NCBI GenBank assembly: GCA_000002445.1
Contig: CH464491.1
Coordinates: forward strand, 512,001 to 576,000
DNA: 64,000 nucleotides
Reading direction: 5' to 3'
From: Trypanosoma brucei
Taxonomy: Eukaryota
Part shown: piece after piece, positions 33,001 through 41,975 of the stretch
Position numbering within the stretch: position 1 is the first letter of the stretch
Layout: each line of letters starts with the position of its first letter
Made by a program: the position numbers and the translations under genes
Notes under the pieces: generated by a model
What the model saw: only the letters and a program-made list of their open reading frames with translations
What the model was told of the DNA's origin: nothing
Databases searched by the model: none

Positions 33001-35006
33001 CGCTCTTGGAGGTTGCCCGACGAACATGAAGAAGGGTTAAAGGCCTGTTTGGAAACCCATCGGCTTCCAAATTTGTACGGAACGTGTCAGTCGTATCGGT
33101 CTGACAGTGGACCCGACAAATGGGATGCACCGATAAGAGGGTAAACGCCCATACATATTAAAACTAGGATGTAAAAGGCTTTTCGGCTACATGTTAGGAT
33201 GGGACACCTTGAATCAGGAGGGGTAAGAAATCAGAATCTTCTTTTGACACTCCTTGGGGTGGTGTGGCACGTAAACTAGAAACTGTAACTGGGCAATTGA
33301 GGGTTCTATACGGGGAAAAGAGGTGCCACACTTGTTCCCTCATCTCAATTAAAAGCTTTTCCACTTCTATTACGGCCAGCACTACCCTCGCCCGCCCCAA
33401 TGGTTGAAATGGCGCCACCTCAGCCGGGGAACTCGGCTCTCTTCGAAGTGTCGCATTCTTTTTCCTCCGCTTGTCCATACAATACCTACTCGCAAGCTGG
33501 TGAAAATTAAGCCGCCAAGTCCCTCTCAACGGTATGCGCATAATCCGTGCCTGGCAAAATCAACTATTCTGAAACACTGTCTGTAGACACAAAGGGCGGT
33601 TAAGGCGCTCATTTTCATCTTCCATTTACTCTTCCTCCATCACACAATCAAACAAAAAACTTTCTCATTTTAGTGACAATGCCATTCGAACGGCGTCTTC
33701 GAGTATGCCAAAGCGGACCCATGTGCCCTACTCGGGCCGCAACGCCAGCAGCGCGTTATGGCCTTTACCAAGGGTTTACTGGGGAGTATAGTCGTTTCTC
33801 CATATTCCTGCATCATAGTTCCCTCTGGTTGTATTTCCCACTTTCTTTCTATAATCCTTCTGCGTTGGTTGACGAATGGATGTGTTACGTGGGCAGTTGC
33901 TCCATCACTGCGAAATGGTAGAAGGTGGGGGTGATAAACCTTGAGGTGTCGGGTGAAAGCAACCCTTTTCCACGTTCTGTACCGCCACATTCTGTATTCG
34001 GGTGCGCCAACCGCCGGCTTGAGTGCTTTTTCGTCCACATTGGCAGAAACGGGGTGCAGGTTGCAGAGTCCTTTTATTTATTTATTTTTGTGGGTGCCAT
34101 ACTTTTCAAGACTTCTCAAACAATTTCCTCTGCAATGCCGTCAGCCGCCTATTCGAGGTGAGTTTATCTTAAGGGAAATGAGGCGCATGACAACGTTGTT
34201 TTTTTTTCCACTTTACCCACAGCGAGGGCCTTCGCAGGGGCCGACGCATTGCCTGCGACAAAATGCCCAACTTTTGATATGCTTCGTTTCTTGTTGGGGA
34301 AAGATTTCAGTGCGAGCTTCGTTTGAAGAGCGAAAACAATTATGTATCTACGCTTTAAAGGGCATTTGATCAAAAGAAAATACCTTTCCACAGAGTTTCT
34401 CGTTGTCGTTAGTGTGTCCGATGTTCCGGTTAAGGTTAACAACTGGAGTGTGGATGTTTCCCGCAACGCGAAGCATTTTCACTTGGTAGTGGAAGCGGTG
34501 GCGTCGTCGGAACATGTCTTTTCGTGAGACTTTCGAGGTGTGATAAGGAGTTGTGTAGCGGTTCCGCGCCTATGCGAGTGTAAAGCCTGCAGGCTGTTTT
34601 CTTCCCGCCGCCGCGGTTTCCTGCTATGTTCAAGTGAGGTTGTCTCGTTCCGTTCGAATGTTGTTGTGGAGTTCACCCCTGGTGACCGGCGTTCCCTTTA
34701 GGCAGTGCAATTCACCTTAGTTATCTGACTACTAGCCTTATTTTGCTCTGTTATTTAAATATATATTTGATTGCCGTTACAATCTGACACTGTGCTGAGG
34801 AAGGTAATTGGGAGACATCTATGATAAAGTTCGCTTGTGTATTGAAAGGATGCAAGCTCCATTACAAAATAGGTAATGTGTTTTATTTTAACTGGTCGCT
34901 CGAGGCATGCTATCTCGTGCTTTAAATATTTTCTCAGCCTTATTTTTTCTAGTGTTCAACACCTGAAGTTGTTGCTGCTACTTTTCGTCGGAAGGAAGGC
35001 GTGGGT
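27045..35006. promoter_or_regulatory. divergent strand-switch region (putative bidirectional RNA pol II transcription start zone), ~8 kb, gene-free, with GC-rich core ~28900-31350
   Basis: Coding strand changes from minus (all genes <=27044) to plus (all genes >=35007). No ORF here has a recognisable family or a plausible trans-splice context. Plus-strand composition shifts from A/C-rich (27.0-28.9 kb) through a GC-rich block to T/G-rich (31.4-35.0 kb). An A11-C10 homopolymer lies at 30026-30049. Confidence 0.6.
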
Positions 35007-36671
35007 ATGTCCTTTTTCCAGTTGGATTGGGAATGTTCATATCAAGAGTATATGAAAATGATCTATCATCACGCAACGAACTATGTTCCGCCACGGGTTT
35101 CACAAGAGAGGCACCTCATCACTTGTAGGGAGCTGCTGAATGAAGCTCAGAGGGAATGCAAGGGAGGCAAGTATGATCTTTCCTTCTTTCACTACCTTCG
35201 GTGTGTGGAGATTCTCACTAAGGTGGGGATACCCTCTACATACAAAGATTCAATGGTTTTGAAGAAGCAGTGTATGGATGCCATTGAAGCCCTCATGAAT
35301 GGCGCTCTTAAAAATCACTATGAAAAAATGGTTGAAGAATTAAACTCGAAGAAGGAAGGAGTTGATGTTTTAAGTGTAGGGGATCCCTCTGTAGTTAATG
35401 TGAACAATGAGGAAGCTGAACATTTGAAGCGTAGGGAGGTGCTTCTGAAAAATGAGCGCGGTACTTTGGATAGTTGGAGGGGAGAGATAGGAGAAACGCG
35501 TATACCCTACAATCAAATCTATAATACCACTGTGGATTATCAGTATTGGAATCGTGATGTTGCAGCAACCGTGGCATCAGATGGTGTAGTTGTTCCGCCA
35601 CGATCCATACCGTGTGCTTCCCCTAACGCTTACTGCAAGTGGACATATAACTCTAGTTTTCAGGGTAAGTGGAACCCTAGACGGGGAATGGTTAATCTTG
35701 GTAATACTTGCTATTTGAATAGCGTCGTACAGACGCTTGTTTCTACACCATTGGGGGCTTATTTTCTGGGTGACAAGTATACGCTTGATGTCAGTACTGC
35801 TGGGAGGCAGACTTGTAGGCTGGTCAACTCTTTCACTTTCATTGTTCGAGAGTTGAACCGCAGGGACTGCGCTGCCCCTGTGAGTCCTTCACCATTTAAA
35901 AAAGCGATGGGAGAGGTTAATGAAGCGTTTTCTGGTTTTGGGCAACAGGATGCAAATGAGTTTCTGAGAGTCCTTCTTGAGGGGATACACGACGGGTTGA
36001 ATGATCGAAGAACGGTCAAAGCCGTTCCGAGTGACGCAGACACTATCGAATTCAGTGATGCGGAGTTGGCGAAACGCCACTGGGAGCAATACACGCAACA
36101 AAACAATTCTGTTGTCGTTGATAACTGTGCATTTCAAGAGCGGAGTTCTATTATGTGTTTAGTATGTCGAAGAATTAGTAGGTCTTTTACATGTTCGTTG
36201 GGAATCGACGTTCCCATTCCTGCCGGGACTGGGAACATTTGCCTGGAAGACTGCTTCAGACTATATTGCAAAGAAGAGGAGTTGGATCTTGATTCAGCGT
36301 ATCACTGCCCTTCGTGCAAGCAAAAGGTCAAAGTATCGAAACAGCTTTTGTTGTATTCACTACCGACCCTGTTGTTTGTAACGATCAAACGTTTTCGAAG
36401 CGATGGCGCTATATCGATGAAATTAAATGACCCCGTTTTCTTTCAGAAAAAGATTGACTTAAAACCCTTCTTGTGTTCGACAGAGAAAAACACCATATAC
36501 GATTTAGTCGGTGTGGTGAACCACAGTGGGAGCACGACCGGCGGCCACTACACTGCTGATTATTATGATAATCATTGTGGGTGGTCTTCAGCTAGTGATG
36601 AGCGAGTCTCTAGGGCGGACAAACCTGACTATCGACTTGTTTATATTCTGTGTTACGTACGTTCTGCTTAG
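35007..36671 (+). CDS. ubiquitin carboxyl-terminal hydrolase (USP family, peptidase C19)
   Basis: Cys box GMVNLGNTCYLNSVVQTL, QQDANEFL, and His box GSTTGGHYTADYYD. The track ORF begins at GTG 35001; the ATG is at 35007. First gene of the plus-strand PTU. Confidence 0.8.
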   Translation: MSFFQLDWECSYQEYMKMIYHHATNYVPPRVSQERHLITCRELLNEAQRECKGGKYDLSFFHYLRCVEILTKVGIPSTYKDSMVLKKQCMDAIEALMNGALKNHYEKMVEELNSKKEGVDVLSVGDPSVVNVNNEEAEHLKRREVLLKNERGTLDSWRGEIGETRIPYNQIYNTTVDYQYWNRDVAATVASDGVVVPPRSIPCASPNAYCKWTYNSSFQGKWNPRRGMVNLGNTCYLNSVVQTLVSTPLGAYFLGDKYTLDVSTAGRQTCRLVNSFTFIVRELNRRDCAAPVSPSPFKKAMGEVNEAFSGFGQQDANEFLRVLLEGIHDGLNDRRTVKAVPSDADTIEFSDAELAKRHWEQYTQQNNSVVVDNCAFQERSSIMCLVCRRISRSFTCSLGIDVPIPAGTGNICLEDCFRLYCKEEELDLDSAYHCPSCKQKVKVSKQLLLYSLPTLLFVTIKRFRSDGAISMKLNDPVFFQKKIDLKPFLCSTEKNTIYDLVGVVNHSGSTTGGHYTADYYDNHCGWSSASDERVSRADKPDYRLVYILCYVRSA

Positions 36672-36928
36672 GAAGTTGCTTAGCGAGGGATGTACTCAAG
36701 GTGGAGTTGAATGAGCAGTAAAATACCGCTGGTAAAGGTTTAATTACCATCACATTTATCTACTTCCCTCTTTTGAGAGCATATGAAGCTGTAAATGCTA
36801 TTTTGTCTCTATAATTTATATTGTGGGTTTTGCCTCCTGACAGCAACAAACCTTATTGTTAATGATATGTTGGTGCTTGTTTGTGTGATATGCTCATTTC
36901 GTATAGGTGCTAGGCTGTTATTACTCTG

Positions 36929-38323
36929 ATGGGCTCTGAATGCTCAAGGCATTCGAACCAAACCGAGCTGCGGGATGAGCGATTTTGCAGCAAGCGTAGG
37001 CAGGTGTTAGATGCAACACTTGCGCAAGCTCCACGCCCACCATCCTTTGTAAATTTGTCGAATGACTATCGTTGTTGCTGTGGTGCAGTGGGACCAGGTG
37101 GACTTAGATTTGCAGAACCGCCCAATAGGGGCAGCACCACGGGTCCACCCCGCGATCACCGGCCTGGTATCACGGGGAACCGTCGGTCAGAAAGACCCGG
37201 TAATTTGGGGCAAGTGTCTTCCCTTTATCCGGCCGTGGAGCCACACAGGGGGTTACCCTCACGTGACCAGCCTAAATCCACTCTGTTCCCGCAGTCGTGT
37301 CCGAAGGCTTCCACATCAAAGGTCAATACTCATGTGCGTGCGCGATCTGAGCCCCACACACGCGGTGGCCGAAGAGCAGGGTCGAAAATATCAGTGGCAA
37401 ATGCCTCAGGGAGCAGATCGAAAAGGTCAAAACTGACGTCATATGTTGATGATAATGAAAACGTACAGGGGGTGCACGAATTTCGAAAGAAATTAATTTT
37501 TCTCTCTCTGGAGGAAGAAAAGGAGCGCTTGCAGATCTCAAACGAGAGATTAACTGGGTTCTGTAACATGGAAGATATTTTTGTGCGTTCCATGAAGGGC
37601 ACACCCCATTGCAGCGCCGAACTAAAGTTGTTTTCGTTGCAGGGGAGGAGGAGAGAATTCATACGGGAGCAGGAGCACAATGAATGGAGACAGCTTTTGT
37701 TTTCGGTTAACCAAACACTACTCAATAGTTCTTTGGACGGTAAAGCGAAGGGATTTGCTTACTCCCATCTAGATGAAAATTCACTGTATTGGCCGTCGCC
37801 AACTTCGGAACGCGGATGTATTAGACGACCCTTCACCGCAGCTGAGCTGAATCAACTGGCCAGATCAAACTCTGAAACGGATTTTTACGTATCCAGCGAC
37901 GGATTGAAGAAACCGACATCTCACGCTACTAAGATGTGTGCGTTGTGTGAAGTTGCTCTGAAGAATGTACTAAGTGAAGACATTATAGATATTGATAGAA
38001 TAAATAGAAAGATAGCGCGACAAATTTATCTGCTAAATGAAATTTCTTCTTATTGCAGCCCGACAGACTCTGGCTCTTCTGCCTGCAGCAAGGAACGGGT
38101 TGCAGGTATGTGTCCTTTAACTACCAACGATAATCTACAGTCGGTGGCGTGCCGTCCCCTTCGCTTACCGCCTCGTGCCTCCACAACCACATGCACATCG
38201 TACCCAGTGGGGCACTCATGTTGTGGGTCGGTAAGTTCCACATCAAAAGGGTTGCCGGACTATTTAAGAAAAGAGTGTAACTTCGCTACAAGAAAAAGAC
38301 TAGTATCGCTTCTACAAGAGTAA
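36929..38323 (+). CDS. hypothetical protein, N-terminus MGSECS (candidate dual acylation)
   Basis: 464-aa ORF with ATG at 36929. S/P/R-rich N-terminal half and no recognisable domain. Confidence 0.45.
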   Translation: MGSECSRHSNQTELRDERFCSKRRQVLDATLAQAPRPPSFVNLSNDYRCCCGAVGPGGLRFAEPPNRGSTTGPPRDHRPGITGNRRSERPGNLGQVSSLYPAVEPHRGLPSRDQPKSTLFPQSCPKASTSKVNTHVRARSEPHTRGGRRAGSKISVANASGSRSKRSKLTSYVDDNENVQGVHEFRKKLIFLSLEEEKERLQISNERLTGFCNMEDIFVRSMKGTPHCSAELKLFSLQGRRREFIREQEHNEWRQLLFSVNQTLLNSSLDGKAKGFAYSHLDENSLYWPSPTSERGCIRRPFTAAELNQLARSNSETDFYVSSDGLKKPTSHATKMCALCEVALKNVLSEDIIDIDRINRKIARQIYLLNEISSYCSPTDSGSSACSKERVAGMCPLTTNDNLQSVACRPLRLPPRASTTTCTSYPVGHSCCGSVSSTSKGLPDYLRKECNFATRKRLVSLLQE

Positions 38324-38613
38324 GTTACTTCTCAATTGTCTTGTTCCAAATTTAACTTTCGTGGTGTTGTTATTGTACATTTCCCCTTTGTTATCGTGCT
38401 TCTTTTCGGATGTTGTCACGCTATCTTCCATTAATATTCCATGGACGGGGCACCTTAACATTAAGCATGGCTTTTTTCCCTTGAAAATTTTCTATGTTCG
38501 TTGATAACATCTTTTTCAGTCATTAAAATCGCTGTTGTGACAGTTTTATTGTGGTTTATCTTCTTCGTATCGCACATATATACCAAAGGCATCTGACTAG
38601 GCAAGCATCAAAC

Positions 38614-39282
38614 ATGAAGCGTACACGCAATGCTTTGTTGTCATCAGAACTACTATGCAAGGTTATGAAAATTACAGAAGAACCACGCGTTGTGAAAGAG
38701 CTGAGTGATATTTTACTCTTTCCCCGGGTTAAAATAAACTCTTTGCCCTTCGTTCCACCTCCCAAGTGGACTACAGAGCTCAATCGCAGACTGCAGAAGA
38801 GGTTTCCGGAACTTAGCCGGAAGCGACACATTTTATTCACACGTGCATTTATTCATCCTAGTTTTACCGCACCAGAGGCAGCTTCATCGACTATGAATGC
38901 ATCTATTGGGTTGGGCGAGTCCTTACTGCTTTCTGTTGGTGGGCGTTTAGTTGTCAGTATATTTGATGACCTGAGACGTGATGAAGTAATTTCGTTGGTT
39001 TCATTTCTATCCTCCGATGCAGCCCTCAGCCACCTTTTGCGTCACCACTGGGAGTTGGAAGATATGGTATTAACAGATGCATCAGTACAACTGTTCCAAC
39101 CAAAAGCAACGCCCTCTGCCTCTAACATTGTATCGTGGCTGCCAGATCAGAGGGGAAAACAGGTCCCTGATCAGTATTGTGCTGGAGCAGTAAAGGCAGT
39201 GATTGGAGCAGTGTTTTTAGATGGGGGCCTGTCGTTAGCCACGCAGTTCATCTTCCAACACGTTCTTGAGGCACTAGAATAG
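38614..39282 (+). CDS. RNase III-like domain-containing protein (hypothetical)
   Basis: The C-terminal AVKAVIGAVFLDGGL resembles the RNase III ..A.IGA.YLDgG block, and the upstream NASIGLGESLLLSVGGRLV is a weak match to the ERLEFLGD signature. The track ORF starts at GTG 38551; the first ATG is at 38614. Confidence 0.4.
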   Translation: MKRTRNALLSSELLCKVMKITEEPRVVKELSDILLFPRVKINSLPFVPPPKWTTELNRRLQKRFPELSRKRHILFTRAFIHPSFTAPEAASSTMNASIGLGESLLLSVGGRLVVSIFDDLRRDEVISLVSFLSSDAALSHLLRHHWELEDMVLTDASVQLFQPKATPSASNIVSWLPDQRGKQVPDQYCAGAVKAVIGAVFLDGGLSLATQFIFQHVLEALE

Positions 39283-39427
39283 TGGTATACATTACGGTTA
39301 GTGCAACGCTGGGTTACTGTCTATTTTGTTCTCAAATATTTTTAAAGAAGAGTTTTCAATGAAGGAGTTGTTTTGCTTATTTACCTATTTCTCTTTTTAT
39401 TTGTTCAATTTTTCCTTTAGAGCTTCA

Positions 39428-40606
39428 ATGAACCACCCTGATGAACTTGAAGGGTCGGCGACCTCTGGGGTTCTCTGCCCACTGACAGCATATGAGGAGG
39501 TTCCCCCGACGAAAACAAGGAGCCAGATAATTAAGGAACAACTGTTAGATTTAGAAAATTACTCGTTCGAAATCCCTGACCGGCCGGAAGGTGATCCGTC
39601 AGGGAAATTGGCCTATCTGGACATGTGTGAACAGCTACACAAGGAGTCATTTATGAAGTTTCCTACCCACAGCGTCGCGAACAGTCTTTGCGAGGGCAAA
39701 GAATCATTGGACGTCAGTTTTTTTGCCCTTGGAAAGAAAGGAAGTGCTGCGTTGGCTGCCGCTCTGCGAGTTAATCTTACAATCAGAAAACTTTCCCTCT
39801 TGAGGAACCACATTACTCCTTCGGGTGCCATGGAGATTGCACGGGCGCTTTCCGAAACGAAGGTAGTCTCCGATCTTGACTTAAGTGAGAACTTGCTGGG
39901 GCTGACAGATGCAGATGATATCCAAGGGGGTGCCGTGGTAGCTGAGTTCCTTAAGCCAGGAAACGTTTTGAAGACGCTATCCCTCCGGGACAACAAGTTA
40001 AGTGACCAGCATGTCACTGAGTTTGCGGAGGCGGCAATCGACAACACTGAATTGCACTCTCTTGACCTGAGCTTCAACAGGATTGGTTACATTGGTGCCA
40101 TTGAATTAGCAAACATTCTTTCTAAGAACGCAGACCTTCAGGAAATAAATCTAGAGTGGAACCAATTTCAAACGATTGGTAGCCGCCATATACTTGCCGA
40201 AGGACTTCTTTTGAACAACACAATCAAGCGCTTCAACATGAGTTGGAATGGATTAGATGATGCTTGTGGGGTGCTTGTAGGTCGTATTATTAGTGAAAAT
40301 GATATTGAAGAGATTGTTGTCGCTCACAATAGAATTGGACCGGCAGGGGCGGAAGCTATCGCAAAGGGACTTCTTAATACATCTGCGCTAACCACACTAA
40401 TCCTGGACGACAATCCCATGCAAAACGAGGGTTGCGCTGCAATTCTTCGTGTCGTCGGGGAGGCAGCTACTCTTACGAACGTTAGCCTTCAGCAATGTCG
40501 ATGTGACTCCAGCGTTGTGCTAGAAGCCGATCGAGTGATGAAGGAGGTTCGCCCGGATTTGGATATCCGAATATCTGAAGGTTGCTGTGCCAAGGTAGTG
40601 ATGTAA
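39428..40606 (+). CDS. leucine-rich repeat protein (ribonuclease-inhibitor-like LRR)
   Basis: Repeated ~28-aa units of the form L..L.L..N.i...ga..la..L, for example LDLSENLLGLTDADDIQGGAVVAEFL, LSLRDNKLSDQHVTEFAEAAIDNTELHSLDLSFNRIGYIGAIELANIL and LILDDNPMQNEGCAAILRVV. The start was moved from TTG 39326 to ATG 39428 (MNHPDELEG); ATG 39359 is also possible. Confidence 0.65.
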   Translation: MNHPDELEGSATSGVLCPLTAYEEVPPTKTRSQIIKEQLLDLENYSFEIPDRPEGDPSGKLAYLDMCEQLHKESFMKFPTHSVANSLCEGKESLDVSFFALGKKGSAALAAALRVNLTIRKLSLLRNHITPSGAMEIARALSETKVVSDLDLSENLLGLTDADDIQGGAVVAEFLKPGNVLKTLSLRDNKLSDQHVTEFAEAAIDNTELHSLDLSFNRIGYIGAIELANILSKNADLQEINLEWNQFQTIGSRHILAEGLLLNNTIKRFNMSWNGLDDACGVLVGRIISENDIEEIVVAHNRIGPAGAEAIAKGLLNTSALTTLILDDNPMQNEGCAAILRVVGEAATLTNVSLQQCRCDSSVVLEADRVMKEVRPDLDIRISEGCCAKVVM

Positions 40607-40853
40607 ATAATCATATGTGGAGGCATTGGCGGAGTGTACTCGCCTGTGGTTAAATGGAGAGGTTACGCTGGCAGAGATTTCTCTTTTTTTTTTTTTTGAA
40701 AGCTTAGTGTGTGTAGGGATGCCTATCGATGATGCACACCCTTCTTACTCCACAGTGACCCTCTTTATTGTATTTGTTGCTAAGCAGCTTTCGTTTCCCC
40801 GAGTTCTTCTAATTCCACCCATTAGGCAGATTTGAAAGGAGCTGACCTCGGAA

Positions 40854-41678
40854 ATGGTCGATCGAATTGAAGCAACACTTAATCGTCTCATAGCATTCGG
40901 ACCAGGTACGGCGTCTTATACAGATGATGCTGCCTTTTTGCAAAATGTTGCCTCTGCCATGGAGGTGGCAGGTGAGATTCCCGTTCTGACGGAAGCGTGC
41001 ATGTCACTTTCTGTAGATCTACTGGAGAACTCGTCACCACAGTCTGCTGCTACTCACGCTGTGTTGACACTTCTCGCATGCTGTTGTATGCGGGATGACA
41101 ACAGGGAACTAGCATCACGTTTCGGTATTTTTTCGTTATGTGTTCTTCTTCTTCGGAGCAGTGAGTTGTTGTGCAAGGACACTCTGTTGACTATTTTTGA
41201 CCTGATAGGGACCCTCTGCATGAGCAGTGCTAGCACGCGACAGATGATGCGCCCATGTATTCCTTATGTCCTCGGGGTGATGAGAACTCATCCCGATTGC
41301 TTTCAGTTGTGCTTCAGCGGGGCCGTCGTGATCGGCACGTTGGTCATGCTGGATGCTGCGAACGCGGAATTGGCTGCGGAAAACGACTGTGTTCAGATTC
41401 TTCTCACGGCTTTTATGCGTGGACATGACAAACGAAAAGAGTTGCTGAATCGCAGACGCACATCTTATTCCCTACGTTGTCAAAGAGAGGAAGATGAGTC
41501 ACGACGTCTATGCGACAACGTCATACGCTGGACGGAGGATGCATTGCAAAAACTTGTTCTGGCTCCATCTCCCGTGATTGATGCTAAACTAGAGGCTGCT
41601 GACTTTGGAAATTATGGGGACAGGGTAGAGGTTGACGAGCTCATGTGGAAGTTGAAGTTTGGGCGAGGAAAGATGTGA
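40854..41678 (+). CDS. hypothetical protein
   Basis: 274-aa ORF with ATG at 40854, helical-repeat-like (armadillo/HEAT-like) composition, and a polypyrimidine tract upstream. No family recognised. Confidence 0.4.
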   Translation: MVDRIEATLNRLIAFGPGTASYTDDAAFLQNVASAMEVAGEIPVLTEACMSLSVDLLENSSPQSAATHAVLTLLACCCMRDDNRELASRFGIFSLCVLLLRSSELLCKDTLLTIFDLIGTLCMSSASTRQMMRPCIPYVLGVMRTHPDCFQLCFSGAVVIGTLVMLDAANAELAAENDCVQILLTAFMRGHDKRKELLNRRRTSYSLRCQREEDESRRLCDNVIRWTEDALQKLVLAPSPVIDAKLEAADFGNYGDRVEVDELMWKLKFGRGKM

Positions 41679-41975
41679 AGTTTCAGCGATGCTTCAACTG
41701 TTCGTGTGTTGTGAACATGGTCACTGCTATCATTCGTGCGCATTCGCATTGTATGTGTTCGCCGTGATCAGTTTTTCGAGAATTTGTGTGAGCTGAGGGG
41801 TAGCTGTTGATGTTATCGACGTGAAGGAGATAAGATCTGTTTCTAGTGTTCATACCTTCTTTTTCATTACACTGTTGTTAATTCTTCTGCACAAAGAAGG
41901 AAGAGCAATAGGGTAATAACAATAACACTTTCCGTTGCGGGAAGAAGCAAAGGTAAGAAAGTTTACACCAGCACA

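Noticed and set aside
35001-35006. GTG/TTG start codons given by the ORF track for many genes (35001, 38551, 39326, 50657, 52332, 53836, 56020, 61612, 8029, 25559)
   Set aside because: This is a eukaryotic (kinetoplastid) genome, where initiation is at ATG. Starts were moved to the first in-frame ATG. The upstream codons are probably 5'UTR.
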